Assembly: GCA_977862235.1 (NCBI GenBank)
Contig: OZ374558.1
Span: 496,001 to 560,000, forward strand
Reading direction: 5' to 3'
DNA length: 64,000 bases
Source of the DNA: Dudresnaya verticillata
Lineage: Eukaryota
In this document: positions 25,801 to 38,185 of the stretch, piece by piece
Layout: every line of letters starts with the position of its first letter
How positions within the stretch are numbered: the stretch's first letter is position 1
The notes under the pieces: model-generated
The model's input: the letters and a program-made list of their open reading frames with translations, nothing else
Told to the model about the DNA's origin: nothing
Database searches by the model: none
Made by a program: the position numbers and the translations under genes

Positions 25801-27667
25801 TGGAAGCCTGCGCTTCATGATAGTGACGCTTTACCAGCAGGGAGGGCATCCAAATAGAATGTTAGAGAGGCACATGGACTACTTGATATCCGATATTAAC
25901 CTGGGCTCTACTTCTAGCAACAAGGCCGAGCTTATCCGCAGACTCATTGAGATATCCGACCGTCATGGCGGGCATCTCCTAAGGCATCACCGCTCATTCC
26001 GTTCTTTCGTCAGTTCTCAGGAACGATCCACGGAGACTGAAAGGGTACAGAACGAGATCCATCGAGGTTCTTCATCTAGGAGTACACGAACACGACTGGA
26101 GGACAAGTACCGTACTTTAAACTCGCAACAGAAGCGTGTGTTTGACAGGCTCATGACGAACTTAATGGAACGACGTCAACAAGACACACTAGGGACAGAT
26201 GGAAAAGTATTTTTCTTACAAGGACACGCTGGAACAGGGAAGACTTATCTTCTTTCTCTACTACGCGACATGGCACAGGTCAAGGGAATGCACGTGGAGA
26301 TTACTGCGACTAAAGGAATTGCAGCATCACTGTACTCAGGGGGGCGCACACTCCACAGCTTACTTGGTCTTGGAGTAGATGACAAAGACAGTTCTGAGCG
26401 ACATGCCAAGCTTTCAAAGTATGGGCCACGTTCGCAAAGAGCAGAGATGCTTCGAAACAGGGCACTTCTCATTGTTGATGAGGCCTCAATGATGCAACGC
26501 GTTCTATTTGAGCACGTTGACGCAATTCTGAAGGACCTTAGAGTGAGACCGGGACATTCAAGGACCGGTGGTGGGGGTACCAGCAATAGCTCGGATTCTG
26601 CACAAGACAAGCCGCTATTTGGAGGCTTGAGTATCGTGTTTGCCGGAGACTATCTTCAGCTTCTCCCCGTAGTGCCGTCAAGGAGACTGGAGGAAGATGA
26701 ACAGGGGACTACACGCTACGTTAACGTATCACTTTTGGACGAACTTCCGTGGGCTTCCTCCCTTTGGCCCCGTGTGAATGTCCTCCGCATTACTCAGCAG
26801 GTCCGTCAGGCAGAAGACCAGAGATTCAGTAGAATGTTGATGTCTATCGCGACTGGGAGGTTCCCAGCCACACGCCCGCTTCCTCTTTATTCCACCGGCG
26901 ATATGACAGCAGCCTACGAAGGTCTTTGGAAGTGGGCTAGAACCGGAAATCCGAGGGATGTCGAACCGAACCGCATGATTGTTTGTCCCACCAACGCGCT
27001 CGTCGATGAGCACAATGAGGAATGCTTGAAACGATTCCCGGGAACAATGTTCTCACTCAAGTCGGCAACCAGCATTGTTCCGGTCCGACGCAGCGGCAGC
27101 AGTTCCAACCCTATCAGCAACAATATTGTGGCAGAAATGACGTACCGGTATATGCCGACAGGGGTTCCGCCGCATGATCTACAACTTAAACTCGGTGTTC
27201 CAGTCATGGTTATCAGAAACGTTCTTCATCCTCACATTGTCAATGGAGCAATGTTTGTCGTCAAGCGCTATACACGCAGAATGGTTTACGTTGCGAAGAT
27301 TGGTCAATCTGGAAGCGAACTGGAATACTTCGCGTTACATCGCATAGACTTTCAGTTTGAATTTTACGGAGTTCGCGTCACGAGAAGGCAGTTCCCTATC
27401 CGTCTGGCGTTCAGCGCTACGGTGCATACGGCACAAGGACAGACCTTAAGCAGAATGATCGTCGACCTGCGTTCCAACTTCTTCTCTCCAGGGCAGCTAT
27501 ACGTTGCCCTCTCCCGCACAAAGAAATCTGACGATATTCTCCTGCTACATAAGGAGGAAGATCGTACATCCGACCCCGAACATCCATTCCATAATATGCC
27601 TGTTGCCGTCAGCAACCCGTTTCTCCCAGAGACTGTTGACTTTGTTGAAGGCAGACGTGATGGATGA
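22886..27667 (+). pseudogene. Helitron RepHel (HUH Rep + Pif1-like SF1 helicase), one in-frame TGA at 24977
   Basis: CSNCGDRSHTARRC knuckle; LEFQERNTPHNHMLV (HUH); YLMKYTFK (Y2); GHAGTGKT, IVDEASM, GDYLQLLPV, QFPIRLAF..TVH.AQGQT, GQLYVALSR. ORFs 22886-24979 and 24989-27667 are in frame. Confidence 0.95.
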
Positions 27668-28123
27668 TTCTACTACTTAGAAAATCGCAGCCTCTTAAAG
27701 GTGTCGATAATTCCTTTCATATCTTAGTGCATCTTGGACGTTCTCTTACAGAACGACGATATGTGTTCTCTTTCTTCTTTTTCTTGCATTAAATCGTCTT
27801 GACACCTTACATGCCCTGCCGTGACAGCCTGGTACACAAACACCCTTTCTAAATAGGAGAGTGGAACACCGGGGTAAAACTAACTCTCTAACTGGGAGAC
27901 AAGCACACTAAGGCAACATGTCAAAATGACAAAATAGTACGTCTAGGCAGCCTGTCAAAATGACAAACTGGCAAGTTGTGACCAGGCACCCTGTCAAAGT
28001 GACAAACTGCCACGTCCAGACCGTTCACATCAGAACCATCTGCACACAGAAAACTACTTTGCGAAACTGTAAAGGGCTCCGGGGACACATCGCGGCGCGC
28101 CGCGCCGCGATGTCTTCCCTTGT

Positions 28124-28556
28124 TTACCTTATAGTAAGAATTTATGTGGGTATGACCGCCCAAAGGGTAGTATTAGCCCGGCCAGGTCTCGAAAAATAAA
28201 CAAATTTGTATATCGATGCGCCAATGCTGCCACTTCGCGCTACAATAGTTTCTACGCATCCGAAATTATATCTAAAATACACGGTCGCAGCGCCAATGAA
28301 AAAAATCAGCAGCAGCAGCAGCAGCAGCAGCAGCAAAGCTCACCATTGATTGGCTAGATGGTGCTCCTTACAGCCGACACCTTCGCTGTGCGCCTGATTT
28401 GTTAATTTGGTTATTTACTTTTGTGCGCGCGCGACCGCCGTTACACCCCGCGCCTGCCTTCGGCGCGGGGACTAACCGCCACTCAGTGCCGTCCCGCGCC
28501 GAAGGCGCGGTCTAGCGGCGCGCAGCGCCGCCCCCGCCGAAGGCGGTGCAACTTGT
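28124..28556 (+). mobile_element. Non-autonomous Helitron unit 2 (433 bp)
   Basis: About 220-bp 5' module nearly identical to 21339-21560; several CCGCC-GAA-GGCGG-type hairpins; ends CTTGT. Confidence 0.85.
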
Positions 28557-28981
28557 TAACCTTATAGTAAGATTTTATGTGGGTATGACCGCGTGAAGGG
28601 TAGTATTAGCTAGGCTAGGTCTCGAAAAATAAACAAAATTCCATATCGATGCGCCAACAGTTCCACTTGGCGCCACAATAGTTTCTACGCATCCGAAATT
28701 ATATCTAAAATACACGGCCGCAGCGCCAATGAAAAAATCAGCAGCAGCAGCAGCAGCAAAGCTCACCATTGATTGGCGGGATGGTGGTCCTTACAGCCGA
28801 CACCTTTTCTGTGCGCCTGATTTCTTAATTTGGTCCTTTACTTTTGTGCGCGCGCGACCGCCGTTACACCCCGCGCCGAAGGCGCGGGGCTTATCATACT
28901 AGTACTCAGTGCCGTCCCGGGCCTAAGGCGCGGGGTCTAGCATCGCGCAGCACCGCCCCCGCCGAAGGCGGTTCGACTTGT
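28557..28981 (+). mobile_element. Non-autonomous Helitron unit 3 (425 bp)
   Basis: Diverged tandem copy of unit 2. Ends CCGCCGAAGGCGG-TTCGA-CTTGT at the Copia E junction. Confidence 0.85.
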
Positions 28982-31900
28982 TCCGCTCGATAACATTTCA
29001 AAGAACTTTTTCGACATCTTCCTCCACGCGAATTGCAACTTTTTCAGCGATACTGGCAGCGATTTTGCGTATTTCGCGCTGTTGTGCACCCACCAACAGC
29101 ATGTCATCGACATATACAAGAACGTATACCCTTTTTCTTCCTTCACTTGGTATATATAAGCTGGGGTCAGACGTCGATTTTTTGAACCCAACGATTTCAG
29201 GATGGCGTCAGCAACCTTATTCCAAGCATGTGAAGTCTGGTTCAGGCCGTACAAGGCCTTAAGAAGGCGGTACACCCATCCGGGGCGCTTGCTGTCAGGA
29301 AACCCCTCAGGTTGTTCCATACATATCATCTCATCCAAGGTCCCGTTGAGGAAAGCTGCTTTGACATCAAGCTGTAGCAGTTCCAATTCTTCGTCAGTGG
29401 CTAAGGAGAGGAGGAACCGAAGTGTAGAGTACTTAGCTACCGGGGCAAAAGTCTCATTGTAGTAAATCCCTTCTCGTTGCGAAAATCCTTCTGCCACAAG
29501 ACGGGCCCGACGACTTACCAAGTTTTGAGAAGAATCGGTCTTGTGAGCGAATACCCACTTATTCTTAATAGGCTTAACATTCGGGGGCCTGGGCTCGAGT
29601 ACCCACGAGCCATTCCGTTCAATTTCATTTAGTTCTGAAATCATAGCCTTGTGCCAATCAGCCTTATCAGGGCTGACCATTGCTTCCTTGTATGTGATCG
29701 GGACGGTAGCATCTTCGTTACCAAGTCGAGTGCTTAGTTAAATTGCTGTAGTGTCAGCCTATCGTTGGGGTCGGCGCGAGATGCGTCCGGATCGAGTCCG
29801 GTTGGGAAAGTGTCAGCGGCATTATTGACACTATCCGTGTCTTCATCTCCGCGTTGAGTATCAATTTCATCCTCATCACCACGGTCAGAGTCCATATTGT
29901 CACATGGGTCTTAGTCGGTCTTGGTCTGTTCGTCAGTCGAATTATCTGATTCCCCAATCTCAACTGTTGATGCTCCGTTTCCTATTTCGACCGAAGCGTC
30001 AATTTCCGGTGTGTTACGTTTGTCGAATGTCACATCCCGAGAAGCAATAACTTTTCCCTCGTCTGGAAAGTAAACTTTGTAGCTATTGCCTCTGTCGAAG
30101 CCAACGAGAATCCCTACTTTTGCTCTTGAAGCAAACTTGCTCTTCTGTTTCGGTTTTGGAATGTGCACATATGCACGAGCGCCAAACGTTCGAACCTTGG
30201 AAAGGTCTGGTTTCTTACCCATGATGACCTCGTACGGATACTTGTCTGCATGGCTACATGCACGGTAATACATGCACGGCAATACATTCTGTTACGCAAG
30301 TAATTTGCGGTGTTTAGAGCCTCAGTCCACAGTCGGTTTCTTCCTTTCACAACTCCTGGTATCTCGAGCATTATTTTGCGGGCGATACACATGAGAGTAC
30401 GGTTCAATCTTTCCGATTTCTCGTTAGATTCCGAAGAATATGGAGAAGATGGTTCATGCTTAATGCCTTTCTTGTTATGCCACTGCTGGAATATTCGAGA
30501 AAGGAATTCCTTCGCATTGTATGTTTTTAATCGCTCAACTTGGATGCGTTTGACTCGAGCCTTGAATACGGATTCGAATTCGTTTATCATATCCTTCAGG
30601 GCTTCAACGGTCGCTTTCTTTGTCAATGTGAATCGGACTAAGGGTATGGTGGTATGGGCATCATACAGCCGGATGCAGTATTTTGAACCACCAAGTGATG
30701 CATCTCGAACCGGTCCTATGATGTCTGCGTGGACAAGCTCGAGAGGGTCGGTGTGTTCTTCATTTTTTCCTGCTGGACGGGAGTCTCATTTAGATTTCCC
30801 TTTAAGGCATTTGTAACAGGTGTCTAGCTTGTTTCAACTCGAAATGTTCATGCCATACACCATCGGAATAGTCTTCTCGATCATATCTCTGTCGACCTGA
30901 CCAAGGCGGGTGTGCCAGAGTTCCTGTTTCTCGACGACATTGAGCTGTGCTGCAGGTAGGATTTTTTCTGATTGTTTTCTGGCACTGCAGATATGTTGAC
31001 CTCAAACAGTCGTTCTTCACATTCATAACCTTTCATTACACGTGCTTTACCTTCCTTGGTCATCACCTTACATATTCCTTGTCCCTTTTCATCGGTTTCG
31101 AAAATATCCCGAAAGCCTGCTTGGCGAAGGCGACTGACGGAAATCAAGTTGCACATGAGGTCGGGGATATACAAGACATCTGTCATTCGTATGGGTTAGA
31201 ACGCTCCATCGAAGTGTGTGTGACATTCAACAGTACCAATTCCTCATACTGGAGTCTTCTTCCCATCTCCGACTGATACGGGGTCCATGTACTTCTTCTT
31301 GAGATTTACATAGAGTTTTGTGCCGTTCGTCATGCATCCGGTTGCTCCGGACTCCATAAAACACTTGTTCTTAGTATTTCCTACAGTACAGGCTGATGCT
31401 AGACCCTTAGCAACAAATGTAATGTATCCCTTTTTGGACTTTTCGCTTTCGGTATAGCCAGTTTTCTTCTCTTTCTTTTCCTTCGTAGGTGTCTTATTTC
31501 CAAGTTGAGGACGGTACTTACTACTCTCTAGGTTGTGAAAGCATTCTGATTTTTCATGTCCCTTACTTCCACAGTGAAAACACTTCTTGTCTCCTCGGAC
31601 ATTCAGAGCTGTTTCTGGACTCGACCCGTCTTTTTCTTAACTCGTTGAAAGTTCGTGGGTGACTAAGATGCCTATCGCTTCGGCTCTCCTTTATCTATTG
31701 TGTGTGCGAATTATCTGTGCAGGTACATCAAATGAAGACGTTAATCCACGCAGAAGCGCTCTTTGCTCTTCTTGATCATTAACTATGTTTCCGACGGCTG
31801 CAAGTTCGTTTTCAAGAACAATAAGCCTGTCAACGTATTCTGTTACTTTTTCTCCGTTTTTCATTTTTATAGCTTGATATTCTGTCAGGAAGGTATCATC

Positions 31901-32076
31901 TGCAGCCCTAAAAATGCTATTGTATGTTCTTTTGAGTTCCTCCCACATCTGCTTTAGGTTCTGTCATGTCAATGATAGCTGCGTTGCAGGCATCTTCAAT
32001 TGCCAATAACGTCGTAGTTAGTGCCTTGTCCTTTTGTCTGTTGTACTTCGCAAGCTTCATTGGATTATCATGGTCT
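28982..32076 (-). pseudogene. Copia E gag-PR-integrase-RT (fragmented)
   Basis: ORF pieces 31691-31948 (gag), 30881-31186 (DVLYIPDLMCNLISVSRL), 30114-30626 and 29911-30282 (IN), 28937-29680 (RT). Confidence 0.9.
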
Positions 32077-33005
32077 TGTGGTATAACGAAGTCCACGGTG
32101 ACGCGGGGGAGCCTCGCACTGTAAGGAATGGCCTCGGAGCCTAACGTGTGGCCTCGTACCCTAACTGAGAAAGGAAAAGGGGTGGTAGCGTGGTAGAGCG
32201 GAGCCTCCAACACGAAGGACCACGGTGTCAACGTATTCGTGTGCGGAAGGGAGAACTCGAGCGATTGATCATCGGGGATGACTCCAGGTGCGCGGGGCTA
32301 TCGAAAGCGACGCTCGACCGTATCCACGGTCACGAAGACGAAGACACCGAACTCGAAGAAACAGGCGTTTACCGAAGACTCCGAGGTCAGGGCGCTAGTC
32401 GCTTACCGGAAACCCTCGGAGGTTGTGCCAGACGACTGGCCAAGTAATACTACATGCGCACGAATACACGTCAACGCGGGAGACGGTTCGTACTCGAATG
32501 ATTAACGGCCTCGGTGCCAACGAGCGGTCGTCTCACGTATGGTGGCGGTTACGAAGTGCGCCAGCGATGCATACGGAGGTGCACGCGCATCATGGGCCTC
32601 GGTGCCGTTACGCGCAGGAAACAACGGGAAGATCACGGAGGTGTCAGCGATTTTGCATCGGGTGCGCACTGTAATGCGAATGCCATCGTGGCGCGCGCGA
32701 TCAGGAAGTCAGCTCGGAATTCGTCCGGAGGTGTCAGCGATTTCGTACCGGGTGCGCACTGTAATGCGAGTGCCATTGTGGCGTGCGCGATCACGAAGTC
32801 AGCTCGGAATTCGTCGGAGGTGTGAGCGATTTCGTATCGCGTGCGTGCTGTAATGCGAATGCCATCGTGGCGCGCGCACAGTATGCGCACTGTAATACTT
32901 TTGCCATCGTGGCGTGCGCATTCACGGAGTCACTTCTAAATTCGTATTTCTCGATTATTTTCACGTAGACCACGGAGTCGTTTTGCGCACAGCTTCTAGA
33001 CCACA
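32077..33005 (-). repeat. LTR 'F' (929 bp), 3' LTR of a truncated Gypsy-type element; contains about 90-bp tandem repeats
   Basis: TGTGGT...ACCACA ends. Adjacent minus-strand PPT TTGAGGAGGGGGCCG (33006-33020). Repeats at about 32635-32945. Only about 135 bp of internal sequence remains. Confidence 0.75.
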
Positions 33006-33141
33006 CGGCCCCCTCCTCAAGAGCGAACGTCCCGGTCGCGGGTTACGAATCACGAATTGGCGTGGCCCGGTTTCCCTCGATGCAGTGCGGATGGAGCCAT
33101 CCGAGTGGGGGCGCCGTCCGTCGACGCGTGCGCGCGCGGAT

Positions 33142-34044
33142 TGGGGTGCAAGGGGGATGAGCCCTTTTTCCCGCTCAGAGCATGCCATAAGACGTCTACC
33201 GACGAGCATCGCAACCACCGCTGGCGCGCGCGAACACGTCACGGACGTCCGGCGCAACGGCGTACGGATGCCACAACCGCCGCCGGGCATGGCGGCTCAC
33301 GCACTGTACGCCCGCGCGGCACGCATCCGGATCGCCCATCGGGATCCGGAAGGTGTAAGGCGGGTACCTGTAATGATGGCCCAGATCCGGATGGGATCTG
33401 GATTGGACATCGGGATCAGATCGGGATCCGCTACAATGTAAGGCGTGCGTCTGTAAGGCACGCCCACGCGCCAGCAATGCTGGCAGGGATCGGGATCCGA
33501 ATCCGGATCACCTCTACCAACGCACGCGCAGGCCTGTAAGCTAGTTCATTACGCGCGCGCACACCTGTAAGCTATTCCTTACTCGCGGGTGCGCGGCTGC
33601 GTGGCGGCGAGGACTTGTCAGACGCACCGGGGCGCGACACGCGTCCCGAGTTCCCGCGCGCCACGCCGCGTCGCCGCAGCCCGCGTCATAGCGATAGTAT
33701 ATTACGTAACCCGTCTGGGATGTTGAGTAATCCCGGCAAGCCGGCCTCGGACCTGAAACCCCTTCGCTAGTGCGTATTCCCCGTCACCAACGAAGGCAAC
33801 TGCGCAGCTCCGCCCGCGCTTCCGCGTCCTTCTACGTCCTTGACGCGTCTTTCTCTCTTTCTCTCTTTCTCTCTTTCTCTTCCTTTCTCTCCCCTTTCTG
33901 TGGCTTTGTCCCATTCCTACCGCCCAGGGCGTTTACAGTCCGCCCTCGGCGTGTTATCCACGCTCTACCACACCGCTACTAGTGCGCTACCCCCGGGTCC
34001 GAACTGCCCGGAGGTGCTACTCGTCCAAGACGGATTGCACCACA
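33142..34044 (+). repeat. 5' LTR of element B (903 bp)
   Basis: Homologous to 12905-13940 and to 37675-38185/61265-61665. Ends CACCACA before the PBS. Confidence 0.9.
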
Positions 34045-34812
34045 TCTGGTCTCCCGACCTAGAAGGGTTCTACGCTACAACGAGTTGTACCGTCGCGTGA
34101 CGTCCGACAACCCGTCGTCTGACGTTGCCGCTAATCGTCCGCGGCGTTTAAGCAGATCTAAGATTGTTTAATGGCCTCTAGACCACCGACGGTCCGAGGC
34201 CCGAGGGCAAGACGACCGTCATCGACGCCTGGAATACGCCGTAATAGCGACGACGTGAGAGGCACAGGGGCTCAACCCAGCCCCACCTACACGCAAACAC
34301 GCCCAAGGCGCAGGGTGACACACGCACTACAAAAGCGCTAAATCCGCGGAACCCGGTCCTCCCGAACAGCGTCTCCCGACGAATAAGACAATAACGTTGC
34401 ACAACGAGAAGCGAGATACGCCAACCGCTGCACGTGCAACACGAAGAACAACGCTACTACAGCGGACAGTACCAACCAAACGCGGCCGAAACACAACGCG
34501 CGGCTAAGGTTAATGGCATCAAACGCCAACGCTACTGTAGCGGGCAATCAAGAACACGACGCAAAGTCGAAGTGGGACCACAGGTTACAACCTAAGACCA
34601 ACGCGAAAAGCGACACGGAAATACGCTGACAATGGGCGAAGTTTACTGGGCTAATTAACAAATGGGACAACCCCTCGCCCTCGCGATCGACCACTACAGC
34701 TACATTAATCATCAAAGACGACGGGGAATACCCCAGCTCATCGGCCCCGAAGAGGAGCCGAAGAGCAACACAATACGCACTCTCGCGTCCGCTATACGTT
34801 CCTGAAACGACA

Positions 34813-37162
34813 TCAAGATTCTTTCGTCGCAGATGAATCGGCTGGCACATCCTCAGCAGCGCCCTCGGCGGACTTGCGCAACGCCTCTTCATAGAGGTCG
34901 TCCTCCGTCGTCGACGGTAAACTCACGGCAGAAGCAGGGGCGGACCGCAAGGGCCCTGCCAATACAACTGCCGGAGTGACCGCAATAGGCGCCGCAGGCG
35001 TAAGGGTCGACTTATCAACCGCCTTTGGCGTCTTCGCGACAATATCCGCCACAGGCGATGAAGCAACCACACCCGCCATAGGCGCAGAGCTCAACTCATC
35101 ATTTGCCTTCGGCGCAGACCCAGCACCATCCGCTTTAGGCGCAGTGACCGATTCGTCAACCGCCTTTGGCGCAAGTTCAGAAACAGCCTCGATCGGCGTC
35201 GCACCCTCACTCGCCTTTGGATTTATCGACTCTACGCTCGTCACCGACGCAGGAGCACCTGGCTCCTTTTGAACCGTCGAAGACGTCATAGCAGCATTCG
35301 CTTCGCTCGCCGCAGGCGGTACAGTAATAATAACGTCTTTAGACGCTGGACCATTCGCCTTAGGCGATGAAGGCTTTCCTGCCGCACAGTCGTTCGACTC
35401 GGAGCCTACGACAACAGTCAATTTCGGCGCGGACCCACCCTGAGGTGGAACCGCACCCGACAAGGATTGGCTCACCCACTCTGTGGGTGAGCCGCTCAAA
35501 TCGCTAGTAGCGACGCCGGCGGCCTGTAACAACGCAAGGACCGTGCGGCGCTGATCTTCGGTCAAGACCGGCACGCTGGGAGCCTTCCCTGAACCTTCTA
35601 CGACGTTCTATGCTCCTCCTTCTGTCATTGCGGACGGGGGTGGCTCTGACACTGGCACCGCCATAATGACGTCACCCTCCTCGTCCGCAACGGGTGCCGC
35701 AAGGTCCAATGGTGTAATAGCAGCTACGTCGGTAGGCATCGCACCCGCCGCAAGAGGCTCCGCGGGCAACATCGTAGACGGAGCAGCCGCTTCAGTGGAA
35801 GACTCAATCGCCATAGGCGTAGCTATAGCCGTCCCAGACGAGTTAACCGGTCCGCCGTTCGCATGAAGAGCATCCTCTTCCGCCATTAAGGCGCTCAAGT
35901 GAGGAGGAAAGGCACCGACAAAGTCGCAGATCTTACGCAAACCGCGCGAGTGATTACCCGGCGTGAAGATCGGTCTTGCGATGGCGTTCCGCAATGTTCT
36001 TCGTCGTACGACGCTTTGTCCAAGGATTGAACCAAATCCAATCGCCACAGGCGGAATGAGTACGACTCATCGCGTAAAGCGGAAGATTATCCTTACGGCG
36101 GTTCTTGGCTAACGGCACGGCAACCGGGTCGTTCCAATCGATCTCATCCGCGATAGTGCGCAGGTGCCAGAACGCCTCGGAGTTCCTGGGACCACCAAAT
36201 ATTTTGACTAAGTCGAGGCCACCAAGATGGGCGACCACACGCGGTGGTAGATGATACATACGGAAGGTGTCATACACCTCCCATAACCAAGCATACGCCA
36301 CGTTGGGGACCCAATTGGTGTAGAACACGATCCAATATCTAGAATATGGGTCGGTCATCAGCTCGGAACCAAGATACGTGATACACGGGGGGAGCTGTGC
36401 TGCGAAACCTTCGTATATCTCAAACTCACGCCATACAGGTGGTACCTTCACGAAACAGTGAGGCAACTTACTACGCTCAATGCGGTCGGCCTGCATGTCC
36501 TGGTAAGGTACGAATACGCCCTTTCGGAGACGCGTCTCGGACTCCCAACGGATACAACGCTGCCAAAAGAACGTACCCGTACGATGCAGGTAACGAAAAT
36601 CCGCTTTCAAGCGTACACCTAATAGCTAAGCCTCTCCCAACACACGAGGCTCGATTGACACGCTCAAATATTTGAGCGATATTGTCCCAAGACGACTACC
36701 ATATTCGGCCTCGCCGGCGGTACGATATTGCCCCGCGTCAAAATTGAAGAGGGGCGGCGTTAACCTCGACCCGGGGTAACGCGTGAAGCGCCAATAGACT
36801 TCTGCGACGAACTGCGCGTGGACGTCCGCACGCGATTGTCCCGTTCGCACCCAAAGCCATTCCGGAGGAACGGCACAGCGCAACGTCCACTCCAACGTCC
36901 AGACGACGCCAAGGGGCAGGCCCCCTGGCAAGAATCCGATAGTAGCGTAATGAGCGACCAATTCCTCTTCGCTCAAAGCCTCCTGGTGGAACCAGGGGTC
37001 CCACGCGAAGAAATGCGCGTGATCGCAAGGATTCTTCCCGACAAAGTCGACAGGCGAAGCATACACCGGCGCGGCCGAGGTCGCCGCCACCTTCATACCA
37101 TTGAATGTCGGCATAACGTCGCAGACGAAAATATGATCGCGCCACTGGCGATGAGTGTACAA
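34813..37162 (-). pseudogene. Antisense accessory ORF of element B (homologue of the A and C antisense ORFs; Ala/Pro/Ser-rich tail)
   Basis: 36626-37162 and 35954-36610 are in frame (one stop), then shift into 35608-36048 and 34813-35574 (one stop). Motif VPPVWREFEI..LPPCITYLGSELM..YWIVFYTNWVPNVA..GDWIWFNP. Confidence 0.7.
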
Positions 37163-37674
37163 ACGTCAAAGACGACTCCTGTCCTGCGCCACTCGCGAAA
37201 GCTTCACGAAACGTGCGTCGAAGACGATTACTGTCCAACGCCACAGGGGATGCAAACAAACCTGCGCCACTGGAGAAAGTCTTAGAAACGTACATCAACA
37301 ACGATCTGTTGCAAAGCCACAGGCGAGGAAAAGAAATCCATATCAACGACGTTCCGTTGCCACACCACAAGCGATACACACAGGGGACAAAGTCGATGAA
37401 GATTGAGTCGCAACGCCCCAGGCGAGGGAATCTGAAAGATGTCGACGACGGGGATCGTAATGCACCACAGGCGGTGATGTCGGGGCAGCGCAGGTGCAGT
37501 CGCACGGGCACTGCACGCAACAAGAGCGGAGTTCTCACGGCACAGCCGAGGTCGCATCGCACACTCGGGCGCACCAAGACAAGACGCGAAGGCGCAAGAG
37601 TAGGCAAGGACGAATCGGGAGTGCGCACGGCAGCAGGTTGAGGGTCGGACGTGTTCGCGTTTTGGAGGGGGTCG

Positions 37675-38185
37675 TGTGGTGCAAGGGGGGTGAGTCCGTT
37701 TTTCCGCTCAGAGCGTGCCATAAGACGTCTAACAACGGCATTGAAACACCGCTGGTGCACGCGAACACGTCACGGACGGCCGGCGCAACGGCGTACGGAC
37801 ACCACAACCGCCGCCGGGCATGGCGGCTCACCCACTGTACGCCCGCGCGGCACGCATCCGGATCGCCCATCGGGATCCGGGAGGCGTAAGGCAGGTACCT
37901 GTAATGATGGCCGAGATCCGGATGGGATCTGGATCGGACATCGGGATCAGATCTGCATCCGCTACAATGTAAGGCGTGCGCCTGTAAGGCACGCCCACGC
38001 GCCAGCAATGCTGTTAAGGATCGGGATCCGAATCCGGATCACCTCTACCAACGCGCGCGCACGCCTGTAAGCTATTCACTACGCGAGCACACACCTGTAA
38101 GCTATTCCTTACTCGCGGGTGCGCGGCTGCGTGGCGACGACGACTTGTCAGACGCCACGGGGCGCGACACGCGTCCCGACCACAA
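37675..38185 (+). repeat. 3' LTR of element B, left half
   Basis: TGTGGTGCAAGGGGGG start after the PPT; matches 33142-33650. Confidence 0.9.

Larger units (their letters stand above)
21339..28123 (+). mobile_element. Helitron, autonomous-type unit 1 (6785 bp)
   Basis: 5' module TTACCTTATAGTAAG..(CAG)n; RepHel ORF; 13-bp inverted repeat at 28087-28113 then CTTGT. Confidence 0.9.
14950..32076 (-). mobile_element. Ty1/Copia retrotransposon 'E', degenerate, 5' end missing; hosts element D and the Helitron array
   Basis: Gag, CCHC knuckle (CFHCGSKGHEKSEC), PR, IN, RT (RARLVAEGFSQREG, LYGLNQ, TRPDIAF), RH (DNQGA, SKHID, VADIMTK). PPT 15255-15268. Putative 3' LTR 14950-15254. Confidence 0.9.

Noticed and set aside
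28486..28514. Hairpin+CTAG as the true Helitron 3' end
   Set aside because: Host sequence resumes only after CTTGT at 28981, and the unit boundaries align at CTTGT.
32635..32945. About 90-bp repeats as a CRISPR array
   Set aside because: They are contiguous degenerate tandem repeats inside an LTR, with no unique spacers and no cas genes.
36738..38070. Long Arg-rich overlapping ORFs in and near B LTRs
   Set aside because: Open frames in GC-rich repeat sequence, with no recognisable motifs.
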